Source of the DNA: an uncultured Actinomycetes bacterium
GTDB lineage: Bacteria; Actinomycetota; Acidimicrobiia; IMCC26256; PALSA-610
Assembly: GCA_963839575.1 (NCBI GenBank)
Contig: CAWIVQ010000003.1
Span: forward strand, 2,269,378-2,333,377
DNA: 64,000 nt
Direction: 5' to 3'
The notes under the pieces are model-generated. The model ran no database searches. It was not told the DNA's origin and saw only the letters and a program-made list of their open reading frames with translations. How positions within the stretch are numbered: position 1 is the first letter of the stretch; the number at the start of each line of letters is the position of its first letter. Positions 30,865-39,614 of this stretch are shown here, piece by piece. The position numbers and the translations under genes are program-made.

Positions 30865-31580
30865 ATGCTTCCGCTTGAAACGAAGGGTGCCGGAGCGGCG
30901 GAAGTCCCGTTGCGGAACCTCGTGTGGGCGAAGCTCCTGGCGACCGCCTGCCGCGAACCGCGGCGCGCCGACGCCCGCCGCAACCGCGAGCGGGTGCTGG
31001 CCGCGGCCGAGGCCGTCTTCGCCGAGTGCGGGCTGAAGGCGCCGGTCGAGGAGGTCGCCCGGCGGGCCGGAGTCGGCGTCGGCACGGTGTGTCGGAACTT
31101 CCCGACCAAGCAGGCGCTGATCGAAGCCGTCGTCGGCGCGATGTACGAGACGCTGCTGCGCGAGGTCGAGGCTGCGCTGGCCGATCCCGATCCCGCCCAC
31201 GCGTTCGAGCGGTTCGTCGTCGGGCTGCCCGACTTCCAGGCCCGCCACCGCGCGCTCGCCGACCAGATGGCGAACGAGAACATGCTGGACGGCGGCTGCG
31301 GAACCGCACGAGAAGTTGCTGCGCGCGGTGTCCGAGCTCGTCGCCCGGGCTCAGGCCGCGGGCGCGATCCGCGCCGACATCGGGCCCGGCGACGTGTCGA
31401 TGTTGTTCTCCGGCGTCGCCCACGCCACCGGCGTGGTGCGGCGATCTGCAGCCGGTCCTGCGCGAGCGCTTCGTGCGCATCATCCTCGACGGCCTGCGCG
31501 CCGACGACCCCACCCCGCTGCCCGGGCGTCCGCTCGACTTCGCGCAGCTGCGACGGATGACGCAGCGGCGCGCGAAGTGA
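30865..31580 (+). CDS. TetR family transcriptional regulator (2 frame changes)
   Basis: RRNRERVLAAAEAVFAECGLKAPVEEVARRAGVGVGTVCRNFPTKQALIEAVV. The C-terminus is rebuilt from two further frames. Confidence 0.8.
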
Positions 31581-33303
31581 TCGTCGCGCAAGACGTCGCC
31601 GCCCGACCCGCGAGCATCTCGATCCCCGGCGTTGGGTCGCGCTCCTCGTCGTGCTGCTCGCCGCGTTCATCGTCGTGCTCGACAACACGGTGCTCAACGT
31701 CGCGATCCCGACGATCCGCGCCGACTTCCACACGACGCTGCCGTCGCTGCTGTGGGTCGTGACCGGCTACGCGCTGACGTTCGCGACGCTGCTCATCATC
31801 GGCGGGCGGCTCGGCGACATCTACGGCCACCGCCGGATCTTCATCATCGGCGCCGCGCTGTTCGGCGTCGGCTCGTTCGTCGCCTCGGTCTCGACATCGG
31901 TGCGCCCAGCTCATCGTCGGCGAGGCGATCATCGAAGGCATCGGCGCGTCGCTGATGCTGCCGTCGACGCTCGCGATCCTGTCGACGACGTTCAAGGGCC
32001 GGGAACGGGCGACGGCGTTCGCGGCCTGGGGCGCGACCGCGGGCGTCGCGGCCGCGTTCGGACCGGTCGTCGGCGGATTCCTCACGTCGAACTACTCGTG
32101 GCGTTGGTCGTTTCGCATCAACGTGATCATCGCCCCGCTCGCGATCATCGGCGCGCTGCTGTTCATGACCCGCGGCGTGCGTGCCGAACGCCGCATCCCG
32201 CTCGACGCGGTCGGCGCGGCGTTGATCGCGGCGGGGATGTTCCTTCTGGTGTTCGCGCTGAGCGAAGGCAGCACGTACGGCTGGTGGACGCCGCTGAAGG
32301 AGTTCTCGGTCCTCGGGCACGGCGTGTGGCCCGTGTCGCGAGCCGTCTCGATCATGCCGATCGTGCTCGCGCTGTCGATCGTCGTCCTGGTCGCGTTCTA
32401 CTTCGTCGAGCGGGCCAAGGAACGCCGCGACGAATCGCCGCTCTTCCCGTTCGCGCACCTGCGCATCAAGACCTACCGCTACGGGCTGCTCGTCGGCCTC
32501 GTGCTCGCGATGGGCCAGTTCGGCCTGAGCTTCGTGCTGCCCGTGTTCCTGCAGGGCGCGCGGCTGTTGACGCCGGAGCAGAACGGTTGGTGGCAGTTCC
32601 CGACCGGAGTGTTCATCATCATCGGCGCGCAGGTCGGCGGCCGGCTGATCCGTGCGGTCGGCACGACGATCGTCGTGCGGCTCGGGCTGTTCTCGTACGT
32701 CGCCGGACTGCTGCTCATCCTCCACGCGGTGTCGCTGGACATCACGGTGTGGCGGCTGGTCCCCGGTCTCGCGTTCTACGGGATCGGTATCGGGTTCGCG
32801 GGCGCGCAGCTCACCAACGTCGTGATGTCGGAGGTCCCGGCGCGAGAGCTCCGGGGTCGCGAGCGGCGCGAACACGACGGTCCGCCAGGTCGGCGCGGCC
32901 CTCGGCGTCGCGATGATCGGTTCGCTGCTGAGCGTCCAGATCCTCAGCCACTCGGTGAGCCGGATCCGCGCCGCCGCGTTGCCCGCTCGCGGTGAAGGCG
33001 CAGGCGCTGGCGGGCGTGCACGCGCAGGGCGCGTTCTACGAGCCGCCCGCGTCGACGAGCGCGCACGACACGACGATCCTGCAGCACGCGCTGCGCACGA
33101 GCGTGGCCGGCGGAACGCGCGTCGCGCTCCTGTTCGCGGCCGTGGTCGTGCTGATCGGCGCGCTGCTGTCGTTCCTCATCCCGCGCGTCGCCGCCCCTGC
33201 GGCCCGCGCCGCCGACGAGCTCGAGCCCCTCGAACCCCTCGACGTCGACCCGAATCTGCTCGACCCGAATCTGCTCGACCCGAACCCCGCCCAGTTGGCA
33301 TGA
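31577..33303 (+). CDS. MFS transporter, DHA2 family (about 4 frame changes)
   Basis: The GTG overlaps the TetR TGA (AAGTGA). LDNTVLNVAIPTIRADF, GGRLGDIYGHRR, WRWSFRINV. The tail carries a DPNLL tandem repeat. Confidence 0.8.
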
Positions 33304-33331
33304 AAACCGGTTCCTCGACCCGCTTTAACCA

Positions 33332-33386
33332 CCAACAGTTGGCATGGAAAGTGGGTTGTGGGGCCGGTTTTGCTGCCAACTGTTGG
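33332..33386. terminator. 13-bp perfect inverted repeat (CCAACAGTTGGCA / TGCCAACTGTTGG) between convergent genes; likely bidirectional terminator or REP-like element
   Basis: Arms at 33332-33344 and 33374-33386 with a 29-nt loop. It lies between the MFS stop (33303) and the efeB stop (33398). There is no clear U-tract. Confidence 0.45.
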
Positions 33387-33397
33387 ATGATGAGAGG

Positions 33398-34658
33398 TTA
33401 GGTGAAGAGGGTGGCCGAGGTACGCGTCGGTGGTGACGCCGGGGAGGACGGCGAAGGCGGCGCTGCCGTCGTGCTCGATGTAGTCGTTCAACGCGTCGTT
33501 CTCGGCGAGCCGCTGCTGTAAGGGGATGAACTGGCGGCGCGGGTCGCGTTGGAACGCGACGAAGAAGAGGCCGGCGTCGAGCTCGCCGGTGACGGGGTCG
33601 ATGCCGTCGCTGAAGCTGTAGCCGCGGCGCAGGATGCGCGCGTCGCCGTTCTCGGCCGGCGCGGCGAGCCGGATGTGCGCGTCGGCCGGGATGACGAGCT
33701 TGCCCTTGGCGTCCGTCGCGGCGAGCTCCGGCGGGTCGTGCTCGTTCAGCCTGCCGAGCGGCGCGCCGGTGAGCTTCGAACGGCCGATCGTGGCTTCTTG
33801 GTCGGAGAGGGCGGAGCGGTCCCAGTGCTCGAGGCGCATGCGAATGCGACGGGTCACCATGTACGTGCCGCCGGTCATCCACGCGGGCGCGTCCGTGGCG
33901 CCGGCCCACACGTGTTCGCGCATGAGCGCGGCGTCGCTCGTGTCGAGGTTGTTCGTGCCGTCCTTGAAACCCTGCAGGTTGCGGGGACTCGATTGGCTGC
34001 CGGTCGACGCGGCCGGGCCGAAGCCGAGCTGCGTCCAGCGGATCGACGCGACGTCGTGCCGCGATGCGGGTCAGGTTGTGGAACGCGTGGAACGCGACCG
34101 TGGCGTCGTCGGCGCAACATTGCAGCGCGACGTCGCCCCCGCTGCGAGCCGGATCGAGGCTCTCGCCGCCGCCGAACGCCGGGATCTCGACGAGCGGCGC
34201 CGGGAGCTCGACGCGAGCCCGAGCCGGTCGCGACCGTGGGCGTCGACGAACACGCTGCGGCCGAGGCCGACGGTGATCGTGAGGTGCGACGCCGGGAGTT
34301 CGAGGGCCTCGCCGGTGTCGGTCGGCGCCGCGTCCGCCTCGGCGGGTTCGACCGCGCCGATCGGCTTGCCCGCGCTGAGCAATGCGGCCGCGCTCGACCA
34401 CTTCCGCAGCAGCGTCTGCAGCGCGGCGCGATCGTCGCGAAGAGGTCGAAAGCTCGCGAAGACGAGCCGGTTCTGCGGGGGGGTGAGGATGCCGGCCTGG
34501 TGGGCGCCGTGAAAGGCGACGACGTCGGGGGCGGCGCCGGATGCGCCCGCCGTGGACGACGAGGCGGCGCTGCATCCGCCGACGGCGAGCGCGGCGCCCG
34601 CGACCGCGAGGGCGCCCGCGCCGCCGAGCACCTCTCGGCGTGACGGGCGCGCGCTCAC
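33398..34658 (-). CDS. efeB: Dyp-type peroxidase / deferrochelatase EfeB with Tat signal (at least 4 frame changes)
   Basis: MSARPSRREVLGGAGALAVAGAALAVGG (twin-Arg). FHGAHQAGILTPPQ. TYMVTRRIRMRLEHWD, RRGYSF and GLFFVAFQRDP. Confidence 0.8.
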
Positions 34659-34659
34659 G

Positions 34660-35819
34660 TCAACCGGTCACGAGGAGTGCCGGCACCTTGGCCAGCGAAT
34701 CGGCCAACGCCTCGACCCGCGCGGCGAGCGCCCGGGTCTGCGGCCTTGTCAGCTCGGTGTAGAGCGCGAAGCCCCCGCCCGGGGGCTTGTACGCGTCGAG
34801 TGCCCTGTCGGTCGAGGCGAACTGCTGTGCGATCGTGCCGGCGAGCGCCGGATTCTCGGCCGCGACGAGTGGGCGTACAGCCTCGATGGCCGCGATCGAG
34901 CCGTCGTTGTTGGCGTCGAAGTCCCACAGGTCGGTGTGAGAGTAGCGGTCTTCCTCTCCGGTGATCTTGCTGCTCGCGACCTCGTTCATGAGCTCGACCG
35001 CGCCGTTCGCGATCTGTGCGGGTTCGAGCGTGATGGTCGGGACGAGCGACTGCAGCCGTTTCACGTCGGCGAGCAGCTGGTCGGCGACCGGCGCCATCCC
35101 CGCGGTGTTGGCGGACTCCCACAGCTGCCGCTCGATTCGGTGGAATCCCGTGAACCGGGCGCCGGCGGGAACGTCGTTGATCCGGGCGTCGATGGCGCGG
35201 TCGAGGTTGCCGAAACTCTCGGCGATCGGTTCGATGGTCTCGTAGTGCGTGCGCGCGCTCGGGAAGAGTCTCCGGGCGCCGGCCAGATCACCGGCCTTCA
35301 CCGCGTTCACGAAGTTCGTGGTCGCGGCCACGAGCTGCGTGGCCTCGGCCTCGACGAAGGCTCGGTAGCGGGAGACCGCGGCCGCGCTCCCGGCCGGTGC
35401 GACCGTGGTCTTCTCCGCGTCGGCGGACACGACGATGTCGCCCTTCGCGGCGGTGGTGCCGTTCGGGCAACCGTTTCGTACGTGCCCGGTGTCAAGGTGA
35501 CGCTGAACGACCCGGAAAGGCCCGGAGTGAGGTTCTCGACCTCGCCGATGATGCGGCCGCCCTGCTGCAGCTCCATCTCGGTGACCGCGTCGGCGCCCTT
35601 GTTGCGCACCTCGAAGGTGGCCGGTCCGCCGGCCAGCCCGAGGTGCGCGGGGTCGCATCCCGCCTTCGTCAGCGCGAACGGCACCTTCTGCACGCCGGTG
35701 GTCGACGCGCGGCGCGTCGTTGCCGACGAGCCGCAGCCGCTCACGGCGACGGCCAGCGCGGCGCCCGCGGTCAGCGCGGCGCTCGCGGCCAGGATCGAGG
35801 ATCGGTGCACGTGTGTCAT
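34660..35819 (-). CDS. efeO: iron uptake component EfeO (lipoprotein; cupredoxin-like N-domain plus M75/imelysin domain), one frame change near 35470
   Basis: Lipobox AVAVSGCGS. FEVRNKGADAVTEMEL. HYETIEPIAESFGNLDRAIDAR...FTGFHRIERQLW. Confidence 0.8.
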
Positions 35820-36676
35820 CCCCCCACCGTGGCGGGCCGCGGCGCCGGCGCCGACGCCGGCGACGTGTTCACTCCGGCAGGTCGCGCCGGTACGGCGACG
35901 ATGACGAGGAACGGCACCGCGTAGACGACCCACGCGACGACCTCCGCCCAGGTCGGCCGCGGCTGCAGCCCGAACATGCCCGTGATGAGCGCGGCGCGGA
36001 CGCTGCCCGGATGCACGAGCCACCGAAGGTCGAGCGCCGGGCCCTGCAGCGAGTCGAGCCATCCGGCCTCGTGCGCGGTGTGCGCGGCGGTGGCGAGGAG
36101 GCCGGCCGCGACGAGCACCAGGACGATGCCGGTGACCCGGAAGAAGCGCGCCATGTCGATCTTCACGCCGCCGCGGTAGATGCCGTAGCCGATGGCGACG
36201 GCGACGACGATGCCGAGCACCGCGCCGGTCATCGACGAGGTTGCGTTCGTCGACGACTGGAGGATCGCGAGCAGGAACACCGCGGTCTCGAACCCTTCGC
36301 GGAGCACCGCGAGGAACGCCATGAGGATCAGCGCCCACGCGGAGCCGGTCGCGAGCGCGGCCGCGGCGCTGGCTTCGAGATGTCCTTTCAGCTCGCGGGC
36401 GTGGGCGCGCATCCAGAGCACCATCCAGCTGACGAACGCGACCGCGACGAGGCCGACGATCGTCTCGAGTCCCTCTTGGCTGCGTTGGGGGAGGCTGCGT
36501 TCGGCGATCCGCAGCGCGATGCCGCCGCGAGGCACAGCGCGACGCCGAGGCCGACTCCCGTCCACAGCGCCCCATCTCGCGGGTGCGGCCGTTGCGCACA
36601 AGAACGCGGCGACGATGCCGACGATGAGCGAGGCCTCGAGGCCCTCTCGCAGTCCGATGACGAAGGTGGGAAGCAT
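35816..36676 (-). CDS. efeU: FTR1-family iron permease EfeU (ORF stays open, but about 26 codons at 36521-36598 are out of frame)
   Basis: REGLE and REGFE motifs with about 7 TM segments. Alternative frames restore VRNGRTREMG and ALWTGVGLGVALCLAA where the open frame reads CATAAPARWGAVDGSRPRRRAVPRGG. Confidence 0.85.
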   Translation of the reverse strand: MLPTFVIGLREGLEASLIVGIVAAFLCATAAPARWGAVDGSRPRRRAVPRGGIALRIAERSLPQRSQEGLETIVGLVAVAFVSWMVLWMRAHARELKGHLEASAAAALATGSAWALILMAFLAVLREGFETAVFLLAILQSSTNATSSMTGAVLGIVVAVAIGYGIYRGGVKIDMARFFRVTGIVLVLVAAGLLATAAHTAHEAGWLDSLQGPALDLRWLVHPGSVRAALITGMFGLQPRPTWAEVVAWVVYAVPFLVIVAVPARPAGVNTSPASAPAPRPATVGG

Positions 36677-36700
36677 GCGGGGCGGGCTCCGGGCTCCGAA

Positions 36701-36740
36701 CTAAGGGTGACCTCACCTAACTTAGGGTACCCTTAGTAAG
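36701..36740. promoter_or_regulatory. two tandem ~20-bp AT-rich quasi-palindromes resembling DtxR/IdeR-family iron boxes
   Basis: CTAAGGGTGACCTCACCTAA followed by CTTAGGGTACCCTTAGTAAG. Unit 1 has the outer TAAGG...CCTAA arms of TWAGGTWAGSCTWACCTWA (12-14 of 19 matches). It lies 24 nt upstream of the efeU start. Confidence 0.4.
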
Positions 36741-36823
36741 TCGTCAAGGTGCGGGGTCGCGTCGGTTCACGGGCCGCCGTCCGGAGGCGCTCATCCGGGT
36801 CCGATTCGAGCCGATCGTGCAAC

Positions 36824-39342
36824 GTGATGGTGGCGCGGAGCCGGCGGTCGGTGGTGGCGGCGATCTCGACGGCCCTCTGTCTGGTCGCGTTCGTCTCGTT
36901 CGGCGACGATGGCGCGCAGCGGAGCGGCGGTCGACACGAACGCGCCCGTGCTCGTGTCGCTCGCGATGAGTCCCACGACCGTCGACACGTCCGCCGGCCC
37001 CGCGGTCGTCACGATCACCGCCCGGCTCACCGACGAACGCAGCCCGTCGATCGGGGGCACCGCGCCGCTCAGCCGGGTCGTGCTGACCGGGCCCGGCGGC
37101 CAGCAGCAGGCGACCGCCTACCTCTCGCAGGCGCAACGGATCTCGGGCACCGCGACCGACGGCGTCTACCGCTCGACCTTGACGATCCCGTGGCACGCCG
37201 CGCCCGGCCAGCTGGAACGCGTCGGCGGTGCTCGTCGACATCTCGGGCAACACGGCGACGCTGACCACGGCCGAATCTCGCCGCCGCCGGCTTTCCGTCG
37301 TCGATCGACCAGACGGGCGCGGGCGACACCACCGCGCCGCAACTCGTCGCGCTCGGCATCGCGCCCCCGAGCGTCGACACGTCGTTGCAGCCGGCGACGA
37401 TCACCGTGAGCGTGCACGCCGTCGACGACCTGAGCGGCGTGTCCGACGGCGTGGCGATGGCGGCGAGCCAGGTCGTGCTGCGCGGCCCGAGCGGCGCGCA
37501 CCACGCGCGCGCGACTCTGAGCGTCGACCACCGCACCGCGGGCAACGCCGTTCGACGCGACCTTCGTCGTCGCGGTCACGCTGCCGCGCTGGTCGGAGCA
37601 AGGTGACGTGGACCGTCGAGAGCGTGACGCTCGTCGACCAGGTCGGCAACCAGCAGACGCTGACCGCGCCGGGCGTCACGTTCACCCAGACGGGCATCGG
37701 CGACACCTCGCCGCCGCAGTTCCGCTCGTTCTCGCTGTCGACGACGAACGTCGACGTGCGGACCTCGTCGGCTTCGATCGTCATGCGGAGCCGCATCGTC
37801 GACGATCTCTCGGGTGCGGCCGACGGGTTGGTCGACTCCGCGACGTCGGTCGTGTTCGAGTCGCCGTCGGGCCGGCAGCGCCTGACCGTGCCGTTCGGTG
37901 CCGCGCAACGCGTCGGCGGGAACGGCCTCGACGGGAACTACTCGATACAGCGCGACCGTGCCCGCCCACGCCGAACCCGGCGTGTGGACGATGACCGACG
38001 CGTGGCCGACCGACCAGGCCGGCAACGTCGGGCACCTCTCGGCCGCCGACTGGGCGGCGAAGGGGTTCCCGGGTCGTTCACGGTCGTGTCCGACACGCCG
38101 CCCGACACCGGTCCGACGGTGCCGCCCGACCCGACGACCACGTCGACGACATCGGGTTCGGTGTTCACGACCACGACCGATGCGGGGGTCTCGACCACCA
38201 CGGTTCCGGGGAATTCGACGACCTCGGCTCCGATACGACGAGCACGACGAGCACGACGGTCGACCCCTCGAGCACGACGACACGACGATCCTTCCCGACA
38301 CGAGCGATCCCGACACGAGACCACGGTTCCCGGCGACGGCAACTCGACGTCGACCTCGACGACGGTGCCGGAAAGCACGACGTCGGTGCCGGACGCGACG
38401 AGCACGACGACGACGACCACGCACCGACGACGACCACGCACGACCGTGACGACGCACGACGCTCGACGACGACCACGGTCGCGCCCACGACGACGACCAC
38501 GGTCGCGCCCACGACGACGACCACGGTTCCCGTGCACTCCGACTCGCGGCGGTACGCCGCATCTGCGCCGGGCGAACGGCTACTGGTTCGCGACCACGAC
38601 CGGGCGCGTGCGTCGGCTTCGGCGCGGCCGCGCCCGCGTCGCATCGCGAGCGCGTCCTAGCCGGGCTCGGCGGCGTTCGACCGCGTCGTCGGGATCGCGA
38701 GCACGCCGTCGGGCAAGGGCTACTGGCTCGCGACCGCGCTCGGCGACGTGCGGGCGTTCGGCGACGCGCGCTCGTACGGGTCGATGCGCGGCCGACCGCT
38801 GACCCGAGCCGATCGTCGGCATCGCCGCGACACCGAACGGCGCACGGCTACTGGCTGGTCGCGACCGACGGCGGGATCTTCAGCTTCGGCAACGCGCACT
38901 TCTACGGCTCGACCGGCGCGATCCACCTGAACCAGCCGATCGTCGGCATGACGTCGACGCCGAGCGGCCACGGCTACTGGTTCGTCGCGGCCGACGGCGG
39001 CCTGTTCAGCTACGGCGACGCCCGCTTCTTCGGATCGATGGGCGCGACCCACCTGAACCAGCCCGTCGTCGGCATGACGCGCACGCCGAGGGGCCGCGGC
39101 TACTGGATGGTCGCCGCGCGACGGCGGGATCTTCAGCTTCGGCGACCGCGCGGTTCTTCGGGTCGACCGGCGCCATGCACCTGAACCAGCCGATCGTCGG
39201 CATGGCGGCCTCGCCGACGCGCGCACGGCTACTGGTTCGTCGCCGCCGACGGCGGGGTCTTCAGCTTCGGCGACGCCCGCTTCTTCGGGTCGCTTGCGGG
39301 CCCCGGCGCCGCGTGGTCGGGATGGCGGTTCGGGCGTCCTGA
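36824..39342 (+). CDS. large secreted protein: signal anchor, three ~115-aa Ig-like modules, Thr/Pro-rich linker, six GYW-type repeats (more than 10 frame changes)
   Basis: [27 protein letters not shown]. Modules each have D.xAP.L.S..(S/A)P..VDTS...DDLSG...G.W.V..V.L.D..GN. Linker [22 protein letters not shown]. Then [24 protein letters not shown]-type repeats. Confidence 0.65.
38575..39342 (+). repeat. six tandem GYW / DGG(I/V)F.FGDA.F.GS coding repeats (second copy of the repeat family in the window)
   Basis: [124 protein letters not shown]. Confidence 0.75.
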
Positions 39343-39614
39343 CCGTTCTGGGCCCGGCGAGAGGCGGTGGGGCGCGTGGGGCGAGTGTGACCTCGGTCTC
39401 CGGCCCCGGGCGCCTCTCAAGGGGCCCTCGAGCGGCCGACGATGAAGCCGAATCATGCTCTCCATCCCGAAGCAATCGGCAGCCGCGCGACACCGGCGCG
39501 CCCGGCGGACGACTTCGTCCCCGGCGGCTCGGATCGGGCCGCCGCGGCTCGCTCCGGTAGCGCCCGCACCGTCGCGAGCGTGGTGGTCGCGCCGGTGATC
39601 GTCGCCGCGTCCCG

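Noticed and set aside
38240-38531. Short tandem repeats considered as a possible CRISPR array or VNTR locus.
   Set aside because: The repeats are contiguous with no spacers. They are in frame and encode a Thr/Pro linker, and no cas genes are present.
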